DNA of 54,911 nucleotides from an uncultured Methanosarcinales archaeon (GCA_964344235.1 CAYFMJ010000004.1:1-54911), one strand, 5' to 3'. Shown: positions 35,628 through 45,503, numbered from the stretch's first letter. Numbers and translations are program-made. The notes: generated by a model not told the origin, from the sequence alone.

Positions 35628-36734
35628 TTATCTTTTTGTAAGAAGACGCTCTACAGGTACAAACGGCCCACGAACATATGCTCCTTGCTCAGCACCATCA
35701 TATCGTTCCCAGAATGCATCTCGTGGTGCACACCCTCCATCAAATGTATCTCGGATATGCTTTGTTCTGCCCCAAATAACAGAAAGGGGTTCAGTCTTGA
35801 AATCCCCCAACTTTTCTAATTCTCCTGCACAATCCCACACTTGACCTCGAATTGTTACATGTAAACCAAGACCTCGTAGGGAACAGGGCATCCCTCCGCC
35901 GTATGGAAACTGCGAACCGTGCTGAATACCATATTGCTCTCTATCCATTGTTGCCAATTGTGCATACATCGCAAGCTGCTGTTCATGAGTAATAGCTCCT
36001 TGAACAGGGCTGGAACTTCTTCCAGAAGGCAAATAATTCACCAACAAAACAAAGATATTGTTATCACGTGCAAACCTGTGAATCCCCGGGATCTCCCCAT
36101 AATTCTGTTCACACATTATTGTGTCAAATGCTAAACGTGTTGGGTTACCTCTATTAAAACCGGCATCAATTAATGTTTCTAGTACTTGTCCACGCAACCC
36201 AAAGTAGTCAAATCTCCAGCCCTCCGGATCAACGGTATTGAATACAATGCCATTTTGATAAGCTCTATCCCGTAAACTATTAACTTTAAGTACTACAGTT
36301 GCTCCAATGTCATACAGCCTCTGAGCATTGTCTGGATTATGTAAACCCCTTCGCTCTTTTCCTGCAGCTGTTCCTTCCGTGTACACAATTGGTACCATGC
36401 CATGTGCTGCAATCCGTTCTACAATGGTCCAAAAATCACGGTCAATAAGTGGTTCTCCTGCTCCAACAATATTAATCGCTCTACCTCCTAATTCTGCAGT
36501 TTCATCAATTAATCGCATCTTTGTGTTTAAGTCCATCTCCTCACTCAATCTCCTCTTCGCTCCATCGGGGTTATCTGGATCTTCAGTGAAACAAAAGAAA
36601 CAATTTAGTGCACAAGCATTTCCAGCAAGCTCATAGGAAGGATTTAATATTTTCTCATCTCGTAGTGCTGCTTCAATCTCCGCTTTTGTAAAATCCCAAC
36701 CTTTCATCGAGTAACCATGACCACTATGGACCAA
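35628..36734 (-). CDS. Radical SAM protein with C-terminal twitch/SPASM-like Cys
   Basis: CALNCFFC, GAGEPL; C-terminal C...GxVxxC...C. Confidence 0.85.
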   Translation of the reverse strand: MVHSGHGYSMKGWDFTKAEIEAALRDEKILNPSYELAGNACALNCFFCFTEDPDNPDGAKRRLSEEMDLNTKMRLIDETAELGGRAINIVGAGEPLIDRDFWTIVERIAAHGMVPIVYTEGTAAGKERRGLHNPDNAQRLYDIGATVVLKVNSLRDRAYQNGIVFNTVDPEGWRFDYFGLRGQVLETLIDAGFNRGNPTRLAFDTIMCEQNYGEIPGIHRFARDNNIFVLLVNYLPSGRSSSPVQGAITHEQQLAMYAQLATMDREQYGIQHGSQFPYGGGMPCSLRGLGLHVTIRGQVWDCAGELEKLGDFKTEPLSVIWGRTKHIRDTFDGGCAPRDAFWERYDGAEQGAYVRGPFVPVERLLTKR

Positions 36735-36855
36735 GTCAAACTCATCAGGTACAGATTGTGAAATTGCGGGGTCAAACTTTTTACTCTTATATAGTTGCGA
36801 TTTTATTTAAATTTATACCCAAATCATTATAAAGCAACATCGATTTTTTAGTACC

Positions 36856-37416
36856 ATGATTAACTTCAAACAATTACAAAAATCTATCAAAGAATATGAT
36901 GCAGAGAGAGAAAACCTCATTAAGCAAAGTAGGGTTGTTCTCAAATTAAGTAAACAGCTTATTTACTCGGTTCATAGAGATAACCTCTCGCAAGCAACTA
37001 CTCTTCTAAAAAAGATCAAAACAGAAAAGAAGAACCTCGATTCTATCGCATCTAAAAAGAAAAAGTTAGAGTTTGAGGGCAGTTATAAGATCGCAATTCA
37101 AGAGTACGTTGAAGCAATACTATACTACAACTTCGTGAAAAACGGCAAGCTTGTTACCACAAACGTCCATCCAATCCATTTCGTTCTTGGTTTAGCTGAT
37201 CTTCCTGGAGAGTTAGTCCGCAGAGCGGTCTTCCTCGCAGGTAAGGGAGAAACAACAAAAGTTCACCAGATTCGTGATGCAGTTGACATGATCTATGGAG
37301 AACTTCTCAAGTTTGATTTCCGAGAGAATGAAATTAGACGGAAAGTCGATGCAGTCAAATACGAGTTGAGAAAGTTAGAAGATTTAGTTCTGGACCTGAA
37401 ACTCAAAGGACGTTAA
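36856..37416 (+). CDS. Translin/TRAX (C3PO-like) family protein
   Basis: QEYVEA and GLADLPGELVR motifs. Confidence 0.85.
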   Translation: MINFKQLQKSIKEYDAERENLIKQSRVVLKLSKQLIYSVHRDNLSQATTLLKKIKTEKKNLDSIASKKKKLEFEGSYKIAIQEYVEAILYYNFVKNGKLVTTNVHPIHFVLGLADLPGELVRRAVFLAGKGETTKVHQIRDAVDMIYGELLKFDFRENEIRRKVDAVKYELRKLEDLVLDLKLKGR

Positions 37417-38324
37417 TTCTGATCATTACCAATAATCTCATTGACAGTATCTTCTGCTTGGAATGACGCTAACGCAAACCCAACTCCTTCAAACTCTAAA
37501 ATCTTTTTGGTATTGACACCAATCACTTCTCCGCTTGTATCAATCAACGGTCCACCCGAATTTCCTGGGTTAATTGGAACGTCTGTTTGTAAAAATAAAT
37601 TACCGTTCTCATCAACTCGATCAGTATTACTAATTATTCCCTGTGTCACACTAAAATCTAAACCACCAGGATTTCCTACTGCAATAACTTTCTCTCCCAC
37701 TTTTGCTTGCTTGGAATTCCCCCACTCTAATGCTGTATGCCCAACACCATCGGTATCAAGCACCGCAATGTCAGCACTTTTACTAAACCCAACAATACGG
37801 ATTGGCAAGTTCTCTCCATCAGAGTTAATAATACTCCCTGCAGCTGCCCCTTCAATCACATGATAATTCGTTACCACATACCCATCGCTTGTTATAAAAA
37901 ATCCACTTCCCACGCCAATATCGGTGTTAATACTTACCACTCCTGGAATGACTTCTTCAATAACCTCAGAGAAATCAGCGTTCTCCGCTTGCAATGTTTG
38001 AATATTATCTTCTAACTCTTCAATTTGCGCAGCACTTTCTGTTTTTACTTGATCTAAATCCTCATTTAATTCTGAAATTTGCGATGTCTTCTCATCTAAT
38101 TCCGTGCTTACAATTCCTAACTCACTTTCTAAATCAGTCACACTCTCCTCCAGAGAACCAATCACTCCTTGCGCTGTTGTTAATTCTGTCCGTAACTCAC
38201 TAATTCTCGCATCAAAATCCTCTTTCATTGTTTGCGTCTCAGAATACGCATAGAGAAACATACTAACAGTAACAGCAATAATCACAAACCCATAGACAAA
38301 ATGTTGAATCGATTCTCTTCGCAT
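37413..38324 (-). CDS. Membrane-anchored trypsin-like (HtrA-type, no PDZ) serine protease with coiled coil
   Basis: TNYHV, DIAV, INPGNSGGPL. Confidence 0.9.
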   Translation of the reverse strand: MRRESIQHFVYGFVIIAVTVSMFLYAYSETQTMKEDFDARISELRTELTTAQGVIGSLEESVTDLESELGIVSTELDEKTSQISELNEDLDQVKTESAAQIEELEDNIQTLQAENADFSEVIEEVIPGVVSINTDIGVGSGFFITSDGYVVTNYHVIEGAAAGSIINSDGENLPIRIVGFSKSADIAVLDTDGVGHTALEWGNSKQAKVGEKVIAVGNPGGLDFSVTQGIISNTDRVDENGNLFLQTDVPINPGNSGGPLIDTSGEVIGVNTKKILEFEGVGFALASFQAEDTVNEIIGNDQN

Positions 38325-38370
38325 ACAAGAAGAAATAATTACGAGTTTATATTGTTTTTTATCCGTGTGC

Positions 38371-38889
38371 TTAATGCAAATATCCTTTTCCCGTTGGCTT
38401 TACTTTCAGAATTTCTCTAATATCATAACCCGAAATATCAACACCTCTCCCAAAACCGTTATCAATAATTAAATCATTACTACATACCGCGATTGCATGA
38501 CTGGGCACGCCAAAAATCCCTGGCCTTCCTGGAATCTCATCGCTCCATTCAGTCATTATTCTGCCTTCCTCAACTAAGCCTCGAGCTAAACGCACATAAC
38601 TTGCTGGATCTAAACCAGAAACCTCCCAACCACCATTTATTCTTAAATAATCTTCAAGTTCTCCACCCAAGTATAAAGTACCTTCATATTGTCCTCTTGT
38701 TACATCTGCCACAATCCTTGGCCATGTTAACTTCAGCGTTGTTCCATTAGGTGCAATTAAGGGGTGGTTTCGAGCAGTTCCCTGTATGTGTTGCGCCGTT
38801 GCTCTATCACCAAACTCAAGTGCAACTAAGTTAGCTAACGCTGAGAGGAAACACTCGTGGTCCCGATTACCAAAGAGGAAAGTGCCCAT
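38371..38889 (-). CDS. Hypothetical protein, possible papain/C39-like fold
   Basis: ECFLSALAN...HAIAV...IIDNG (C/H/D spacing). Confidence 0.35.
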   Translation of the reverse strand: MGTFLFGNRDHECFLSALANLVALEFGDRATAQHIQGTARNHPLIAPNGTTLKLTWPRIVADVTRGQYEGTLYLGGELEDYLRINGGWEVSGLDPASYVRLARGLVEEGRIMTEWSDEIPGRPGIFGVPSHAIAVCSNDLIIDNGFGRGVDISGYDIREILKVKPTGKGYLH

Positions 38890-38989
38890 AACACTCTATT
38901 ATACCTATTGTTATATAAATCTTGCCGTTTCCTCACTAAACAATGACAAAAACAAAAGATTTATAAAGAATTATCACTAGAAATATACT

Positions 38990-39589
38990 ATGAAAATTCT
39001 CGCATTATCGGACATCCACGGGGACAAAACGTTCATTAAACAGATGGCAGAACGTGGTGCACAAGAGAAAGTGGACTTAGTCATTCTTGCTGGAGACATC
39101 GTAGAAATGCACGGCCCTTTAGATGGCATGGTAGGACCGTTCAAAGAAAAGGGTTTAGAGGTAGCAGTACTACCTGGCAATCATGAAGGGATGTCTGAAA
39201 TCAATTTCCTCACAGAGCGGTACAACGCAAAGAACTTGCATGGTTACTCTTTAAAATTCGGCGATGTTGGCATCTTTGGTTGCGGTTACGCAGATATTGG
39301 TCCACATCAATTAACAGAAGAAGAATTCTTCAACACATTAAAGAAATCTCACGATTCACTTAAAGATGTTAAGAAACGAATTATGATTACACACGTACAA
39401 CCCAACGATTCTCTGATTGGCCTCAAAATTCCTGGCTGGGGCAGTTCCGGTGTCCGGAAAGCGATTGAAACATTCCAACCAGATTTACACATTTGCGGTC
39501 ATATCCATGAAACACATGGCATTGAAGAAATGATTGGTAAAACTAAAGTGGTCAATGTTGGTAAAACCGGTAGAATATTTGAATTCTAA
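38990..39589 (+). CDS. Metallophosphoesterase (Icc-like)
   Basis: DIHG, GD, GNHE, THVQP, GHIHE. Confidence 0.9.
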   Translation: MKILALSDIHGDKTFIKQMAERGAQEKVDLVILAGDIVEMHGPLDGMVGPFKEKGLEVAVLPGNHEGMSEINFLTERYNAKNLHGYSLKFGDVGIFGCGYADIGPHQLTEEEFFNTLKKSHDSLKDVKKRIMITHVQPNDSLIGLKIPGWGSSGVRKAIETFQPDLHICGHIHETHGIEEMIGKTKVVNVGKTGRIFEF

Positions 39590-39628
39590 TGTAGCTAATT
39601 TTAAATACCTCGACACTTTCTTAACGAC

Positions 39629-39751
39629 ATGCTAACTCACTGTCCAGATTGCAAACAGAAATTACACGAAGGCCAACATAAATTCGCTGACGGCATGTAT
39701 AATGTCCAATACTGTAAAAAATGTGGTTTTAGAAAAGAAGACCCATTATAG
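39629..39751 (+). CDS. 40-aa zinc-ribbon protein (not in ORF track)
   Basis: CPDC...YCKKCGF; TTTAAATA about 25 nt upstream. Confidence 0.65.
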   Translation: MLTHCPDCKQKLHEGQHKFADGMYNVQYCKKCGFRKEDPL

Positions 39752-39753
39752 AA

Positions 39754-41097
39754 TTACATTCCTTTCGGCATTCTGCCACCAAGACGTTTCATCATTTTAC
39801 TCATATCTTTCTCGCCTTTAAACATTTTCATCATTTTCTTCGATTGCCGGTGCTGCTTTAGCAATTCTCTCAACACACCAACCTTAACGCCAGACCCTGC
39901 AGCAATCCTATCTAACCGTGAAGGAGAAATCGTTTCTGGCTTCTCTAACTCTTCCTTTGTCATCGAATCCATTGCATGTTTCCACTTCTCTAACTTCCCT
40001 TCCTGCACATCTAACATCTCTTTCGGCATCTTCAAATTGCCCATCCCCGGAATCATTTCCATAATTTTACCAAACGAACCCATCTTCTTCATCGCTTGCA
40101 TCTGTTCATATAAATCAATTAAATTAAAATCTCCTTTCAAAAACTTCTCTTTCATATCTTCCGCTTTCTCTTCAGAAATAACATCACGCGCTTTCTCTAA
40201 TAATGACTCAAGATCACCCATCCCTAATAATCTGCCAACAAACCGTTGCGGATGGAATTTTTCTAAATCATCAACTTTCTCCCCAACTCCAATAAACATA
40301 ATTGGTGCATCAGTCACAGCACACGCTGATAGCGCCCCACCACCTTTTGCAGTTCCTTCTAACTTTGTTACAATAACGCCACTTACTTTACACGTATCAT
40401 GAAACGCTTGCGCTTGCTTCTGCGCTGCTTGTCCAATATCCGCTGATATGACAAGTAACCTCTCATCTGCTGCCACTGCCGCTTGTAATTTATTTAATTC
40501 AGCAATCAACTCATCTGACAACGCATCTCTTCCTGCTGTATCGACAATCACAATATCATAATTCTTTAACTTCTCTTCATATTGTAAATAAATATTCACG
40601 GGATCTTTCTCTGTCTTTGAACCAAAAAAATCCACGCCCACATTTCCCGCCAACTGTTCTAACTGATCATACGCCGCTGGTCGCCACGTATCAGTTTGCA
40701 TCACCGCAACTTTATGCCCACGCTTCTTGTAATATTTCGCTAACTTTCCTGCCGTTGTTGTTTTACCTGAACCAAATAAACCCACTAACATAATCTGTGT
40801 CGGCTTCTTTCCCACAACAATCTCTCGTGGCTCTTTTCCTAAGAAATTTGTTAACTCCTCATACACCGCTGTAATCAGATGTTCTCTCTTGGTGATCCCT
40901 GGCGGCGTTTTCTCTTTTGCTCGCTCTTTAATTTTCTTACTTAACTCAAACACTAACTGCACATTGGTATCTGATTGTAATAGCGCTCTCTGGATATCTT
41001 TCACCAACTCATTAATCAGTTTCTCATCTACAAAAACGGATTTTGTTATCTTCTGTAACGTGTTCTTTAACGAGTCACCTAACTTCTCAAGTACCAT
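39754..41097 (-). CDS. srp54: Signal recognition particle protein SRP54
   Basis: GSGKTTT, DTAGR, TKLEGTAKGGG, Met-rich M domain. Confidence 0.96.
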   Translation of the reverse strand: MVLEKLGDSLKNTLQKITKSVFVDEKLINELVKDIQRALLQSDTNVQLVFELSKKIKERAKEKTPPGITKREHLITAVYEELTNFLGKEPREIVVGKKPTQIMLVGLFGSGKTTTAGKLAKYYKKRGHKVAVMQTDTWRPAAYDQLEQLAGNVGVDFFGSKTEKDPVNIYLQYEEKLKNYDIVIVDTAGRDALSDELIAELNKLQAAVAADERLLVISADIGQAAQKQAQAFHDTCKVSGVIVTKLEGTAKGGGALSACAVTDAPIMFIGVGEKVDDLEKFHPQRFVGRLLGMGDLESLLEKARDVISEEKAEDMKEKFLKGDFNLIDLYEQMQAMKKMGSFGKIMEMIPGMGNLKMPKEMLDVQEGKLEKWKHAMDSMTKEELEKPETISPSRLDRIAAGSGVKVGVLRELLKQHRQSKKMMKMFKGEKDMSKMMKRLGGRMPKGM

Positions 41098-41132
41098 AAT
41101 TAAGAATAAATAAAGTGTTTATTTAAAGCTTC

Positions 41133-41804
41133 TCACTTCTTTGCAGTCGTTTTTTTCACAGTTTTTGGCGCTGCTTTCTTTGGAGAACTGGCAGCTGGCT
41201 TCGCTGCAACTTTTGCCGGCTTCTTCTCCTCGGTTGCTTTCGGCACTTCCGCTGGCTTTTCTTGTTGCACTTTCTCTGGAATTGCTGGACTTCCACTGGC
41301 CGGCTTACTCCACACTCTGCGTGGTGGTCGTGTATAGACGAACCAATCATCTTTGGTAATTGGATGGAAATGATCCACCTCCCCAACTAAAAATCGCGAC
41401 GTTGTTTTCTTCACCGCTGCAATCTCAACTCTGACTCCTTCTGACTTCAGATGTTTTACTAAATCAATAAAATCAGAATCACCCGACATGATGATAATCG
41501 TATCAACTTTCGATGCTAACTGCGTTGCTTTAATAGAAAGTGGAATGTCAGCAGTCTTATGACATGGAACAACGGAACCATAATATTGGTTGTACAATCG
41601 CTCTGCTAATTTCTCAGAAATATTTTTTCCTTCTCTGAAATAAATCAATCTGTTCAATCCTCTTCCATTCAACAATCTTGGGATTAACACATCAAAATTG
41701 ATCATTGCCGTTGTCGTATTCGCTTGCTCATGAATACTTCGCTCGATGTTGTTTCCGTCGCATAAAATCGCGACACTCTGGTTAATTAAAATATCTTGTT
41801 TCAT
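41133..41804 (-). CDS. NYN (LabA/DUF88) domain protein with low-complexity tail
   Basis: DGNN, ADI, SGDSDF, GVRVE; K/P/A-rich C-terminus. Confidence 0.85.
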   Translation of the reverse strand: MKQDILINQSVAILCDGNNIERSIHEQANTTTAMINFDVLIPRLLNGRGLNRLIYFREGKNISEKLAERLYNQYYGSVVPCHKTADIPLSIKATQLASKVDTIIIMSGDSDFIDLVKHLKSEGVRVEIAAVKKTTSRFLVGEVDHFHPITKDDWFVYTRPPRRVWSKPASGSPAIPEKVQQEKPAEVPKATEEKKPAKVAAKPAASSPKKAAPKTVKKTTAKK

Positions 41805-41831
41805 TGTTGTATACCTCTATAATATATAGTA

Positions 41832-41987
41832 TGGGCCTGCAGGGATTCGAATTCCGGTGTCACAAGGAGGTTCTCATAACATCCCCGATGACCAGGTCCT
41901 TGGCCAGAACATGTGGTACATGCTCTTGAAGCCTAGCATGCTTAACAGCAGCCGTTTAACCCGACGTATCCATTACATCACAGGCCC
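41832..41987 (-). tRNA. tRNA-Arg(TCG) with three introns (20a/21, 35/36, 53/54)
   Basis: Removing 41967-41943, 41927-41900 and 41882-41852 gives a 72-nt cloverleaf GGGCCTG...CTAGG-CTTCGGA-CCTGG...TTCGAAT...CAGGCCC-A. Confidence 0.85.
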
Positions 41988-42043
41988 ACGGATTTTTTAT
42001 TAGGGAGCTGTTTATTAATATTGCGGTTAGTTTTGATATAAAC

Positions 42044-42397
42044 CTAATAGCAAGACTGTGTACAGTTTTCAAAACTGATATGCCCCGCCAATGATTTCCT
42101 TTCAATCGCGCTTTTGCATTCGTTAATGCAATCAATGCAATTAGCTTTGTGTTCTGGATCGAAACCACATTGAAATCCTCTGACTGCACAACCTTTGAGA
42201 CAACCGTATTCTGGATTCCACATACAGTGAGTTATAGGGGCGCCCGTTGAGATCTTTAAGAAATCAGAATAACAAACCTGACCAGAACATCCTCCTCTTT
42301 TGCACTGAGAATCATCAAAAGCAATATCTAAAGACTGTGTTAAAATGAATATCCCAAATAACAAAAGAAAGAAAGTAACCACCTTAAAAATCTTCAT
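42044..42397 (-). CDS. Secreted Cys-rich protein (eight-cysteine-cluster-like)
   Basis: Signal peptide; CKRGGCSGQVC...C.W.PEYGC...C. Confidence 0.65.
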   Translation of the reverse strand: MKIFKVVTFFLLLFGIFILTQSLDIAFDDSQCKRGGCSGQVCYSDFLKISTGAPITHCMWNPEYGCLKGCAVRGFQCGFDPEHKANCIDCINECKSAIERKSLAGHISFENCTQSCY

Positions 42398-42467
42398 AAA
42401 CAGACAGAAGAGACAACTCTTTAATAATTTTTCCTCAAAAACTTACTCCAAAAAATAAATAAAAAAA

Positions 42468-42659
42468 TTAATACTCGTCACTCATCTCTTCTTCGTGCTC
42501 TTCCTCTTCGTGGTCATCATGCTCTTCAGCACTATGGTCCTGCACTCCATCGCCGTCATGATCGTGGTCTTCATCATCTGCATGGCCCAACTCCGTATCA
42601 CAGCCTGCTACCAGCACAACAAGTAACAAGACTCCAAGCAACAACATTGTCTTTTTCAT
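42468..42659 (-). CDS. His/Asp/Glu-rich small lipoprotein, putative metal binder
   Basis: LVAGC lipobox-like; HADDEDHDHD... tail; downstream of the ZIP gene. Confidence 0.7.
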   Translation of the reverse strand: MKKTMLLLGVLLLVVLVAGCDTELGHADDEDHDHDGDGVQDHSAEEHDDHEEEEHEEEMSDEY

Positions 42660-42671
42660 AGTATATACCCC

Positions 42672-43451
42672 CTAATGTGAATGTCCTCCAATAAATAATA
42701 AACCAATCATAATCCCAATACCAATAAGGATCATAATTAAATGTAATAATGATTCTTTCATCCCACAACGCTTATGTAATTCAGGGACCAGATTAGATCC
42801 TGCGATGTAAAGAAAGTTTCCTGCCGCAAATGGTAACACAAATTCTGTAAATCCCGCGACACGAGAACCTAAAATCAGACCAACAACCGCTCCCGCAATC
42901 GCTGTGACTGCAGATAGAAAATTAAACAGTAGCGCTTTCTTTCGTGACATCCCCGAGTACAATAACACGCCAAAGTCAGCAATCTCTTGTGGCACTTCAT
43001 GTAAAATTACTGAAATGGTTGCAACAATACCTAAAGGTATACTTACTAAATACGTCCCGGCGATTGCCAACCCATCAATAAAATTATGCACTCCGTCTCC
43101 AATAATATTCATTGGTGCAAGATGATACGCGTGTCCATGTGCGTGCTTGTGTTCCATATCGGGATGTTCATGTGAGTGGCGCCAGTGGACAAACTTTTCA
43201 ACCACAAACAGTGTTAACAAACCAACCATAACATATACCATCGTGCCAATATTCAACCCACCAAGAGCAATCCCTTCTGGTAATAAATGAAAGAACGCTC
43301 CCCCAAATAGTGTTCCAGCGGAAAGACTTACTAAAAGTAATAACGCTTTTTGCGAAGGCCGTTTGCGGATTAAGAAAGGCAAAATCCCAATAATTGCGAC
43401 AAACGAAACAAATAAGACGCTAATAATAACGTACACCCAGATACTAACCAT
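42672..43451 (-). CDS. ZIP family zinc transporter
   Basis: HLLPE, His-rich loop, HNFIDG, HEVPQE; ATG at 43451. Confidence 0.92.
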   Translation of the reverse strand: MVSIWVYVIISVLFVSFVAIIGILPFLIRKRPSQKALLLLVSLSAGTLFGGAFFHLLPEGIALGGLNIGTMVYVMVGLLTLFVVEKFVHWRHSHEHPDMEHKHAHGHAYHLAPMNIIGDGVHNFIDGLAIAGTYLVSIPLGIVATISVILHEVPQEIADFGVLLYSGMSRKKALLFNFLSAVTAIAGAVVGLILGSRVAGFTEFVLPFAAGNFLYIAGSNLVPELHKRCGMKESLLHLIMILIGIGIMIGLLFIGGHSH

Positions 43452-43504
43452 GCTTGCATTAAATTCATTAAATATATAAATCTTATTGATTCTTGTTATC
43501 ATTA

Positions 43505-43867
43505 ATGCAACGGCAAACTAAACAAAAACAACAACTAACACAGGCACTTCAAACATTCAAATCATTCTTCACCGCAGAGGATTTACACACAAAGCTAGAA
43601 AATAAAAAAATAGGTGTCGCAACTGTCTACCGTTTTCTCAAAACGCTCACCGAAAATGGGGAACTCCACTCCTACCAATGTAATAGAAGAACTCTCTATT
43701 CAACACATAAAAAATCCCATTGCCATTTCACCTGTGAAAGATGTGGTTCAATGAAACACATTGACATTAAAACCATTGATTTTCTCAAAAATCAATTACA
43801 AGAGCAAATTTGTCATTTTCAAATCGATGTCAGCGGAGTGTGTCAGAAGTGTGGAGGGAAACAATGA
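43505..43867 (+). CDS. Fur/Zur family metalloregulator
   Basis: ATVYRFL, HCHFTCERCG, GVCQKC; divergent from ZIP. Confidence 0.88.
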   Translation: MQRQTKQKQQLTQALQTFKSFFTAEDLHTKLENKKIGVATVYRFLKTLTENGELHSYQCNRRTLYSTHKKSHCHFTCERCGSMKHIDIKTIDFLKNQLQEQICHFQIDVSGVCQKCGGKQ

Positions 43868-44355
43868 ACTTCGCTGGCTTCCTACTCTGGCTTACCCGCG
43901 AAGGCTTTGAAGACCAAGAAGTATACATTGCTGAAGATCAAATAATCTACCCCTCTCGCTCTATGATAATTAACATCCATGACTTCTTGGTAAAATTCTT
44001 CAAAGATATGAACGATCAAATTCAGTTCGGTACACATTCGGAAGCCAATATCGACTTTGCACTTCTATACATCCAAAATCAAGTCAAAGCAGATGATAGA
44101 GAAACCTCTATTCTTCTTAAAGCAGCTAATCTAATGAACATCATTATTACATCTCATCCATTCGTTGATGGTAATAAAAGAACTGGGTTTGTGATGGCGT
44201 TAATGTTTCTTTCTCTTAACAAATACCCTACAACTCCAGATCTGCAAGATTACGACAACCATGTTGAATTTTTCAAGAAAATCGCCTCTCGCAATACGAA
44301 AGATCCAAACAACGTTCCAGAAATCGTGCAATGGTTTAGAGATACAACTAGTTAA
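43864..44355 (+). CDS. Fic/Doc family protein
   Basis: HPFVDGNKRTG. Confidence 0.88.
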   Translation: MNFAGFLLWLTREGFEDQEVYIAEDQIIYPSRSMIINIHDFLVKFFKDMNDQIQFGTHSEANIDFALLYIQNQVKADDRETSILLKAANLMNIIITSHPFVDGNKRTGFVMALMFLSLNKYPTTPDLQDYDNHVEFFKKIASRNTKDPNNVPEIVQWFRDTTS

Positions 44356-44465
44356 TTCTTCGCAAGCTCTTTTAACAGCTTCTCGTTCTTAGACAAAATC
44401 TTTGCAAACGCTTTCTTGCAATCAATTTTCGTCTTGCCTTTCTTCTTTACTTTTTTCTCAACCAT
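44352..44465 (-). CDS. 37-aa basic peptide, possible Doc antitoxin-like (not in ORF track)
   Basis: MVEKKVKKKGKTKIDCKKAFAKILSKNEKLLKELAKN; 4-nt tail-to-tail overlap with the Fic gene. Confidence 0.45.
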   Translation of the reverse strand: MVEKKVKKKGKTKIDCKKAFAKILSKNEKLLKELAKN

Positions 44466-44498
44466 GTTCATAAGAAACCAACTTTTCTTTAAATAATT

Positions 44499-45503
44499 TT
44501 ACCCTAACAACCGCTTCACAATCATCGTGGCATAACTTCCCTTCCCTAACGTAAACGAAACCGTCACTTTCTTTTTTCCTTCAAATAACTCATCATCTTC
44601 AAACTTCCCAACTTCCAATTTCTTCACTTCAGTAAACACTTTTCTCATTTCTCCCTCAAGAGATAACTGCGGAATTTGTTTAATCACAAAATCTCTATAC
44701 ATCAACTGCTCTGCTTTCATTACCGTTGCAATAATCTCTTTTATCTCTCCCGATTCCAACTCTTCACTGCTAAACCCAATTAATGGTATCTCTAAACTCT
44801 TATCCTCGCAATTCACAAACACCAATTCTCCTAACGAATAATCAACTTTCTTCATAACTTCAAATCTCTCCAAATACTTACTAACACATTCATTCCACAA
44901 ATAGGACTGATACGCGTTCACATACATTCGTAATAATCTATTTGGTAACAACCGTAACGCACCAATTGCATCATTCTTCTTTTTCTTCATGTACTCCTGT
45001 ACTTTATCTCTACCAATTAATGCAACCGCTTCCTTAAACCGTTTCTTGACAAGTAGTCTGCCGATTTCTGCATTATCTGAACTAAACCGTTGTTCATCAA
45101 AATAATTCTCACAGCACGTAACCTCACTAACTCCCTCTTTCTCAAGATTCCGAATAACAATCTCAAAATAATTCCCTTCCAACTCCCCTAATGTAATCGG
45201 TTCTTTTCCCGCTCCGTAATATTCTATTTCTACACTCTCCAACTTTACTCCTAATACCTGCTCTTTCTTTCTTCCTTTAATAGAAATTAATTGCTGCGTC
45301 ACTGCATGCTTATCTTTACTCCCAGCAAACCCAATATTTTTACTATTAACGTGCAACTTCTTTGCAATCTCTTTCACAACATCGAGAGTATTCCAATTTC
45401 TTTTTTGTAACGTAAAATACAAATGCGGTCCATTTCCTCCTTCGGCCAGAGTAGGGATCTCAACTACAATAAAATCTTCAGGAACCTCTTTGAGCCTGTA
45501 CAT
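44499..45503 (-). CDS. truD: tRNA pseudouridine(13) synthase
   Basis: PEDFIV, AGSKDKHAVTQQ, GNYFEI, NYFDEQRF, GSYAT. Confidence 0.92.
   Translation of the reverse strand: MYRLKEVPEDFIVVEIPTLAEGGNGPHLYFTLQKRNWNTLDVVKEIAKKLHVNSKNIGFAGSKDKHAVTQQLISIKGRKKEQVLGVKLESVEIEYYGAGKEPITLGELEGNYFEIVIRNLEKEGVSEVTCCENYFDEQRFSSDNAEIGRLLVKKRFKEAVALIGRDKVQEYMKKKKNDAIGALRLLPNRLLRMYVNAYQSYLWNECVSKYLERFEVMKKVDYSLGELVFVNCEDKSLEIPLIGFSSEELESGEIKEIIATVMKAEQLMYRDFVIKQIPQLSLEGEMRKVFTEVKKLEVGKFEDDELFEGKKKVTVSFTLGKGSYATMIVKRLLG

Noticed and set aside
41832-41987. tRNA with UCA anticodon (Sec/opal suppressor)
   Set aside because: UCA appears only if a 37/38 intron is assumed, and that gives no BHB pairing. The BHB geometry places the intron at 35/36 and yields Arg UCG; the body is also not Sec-like.
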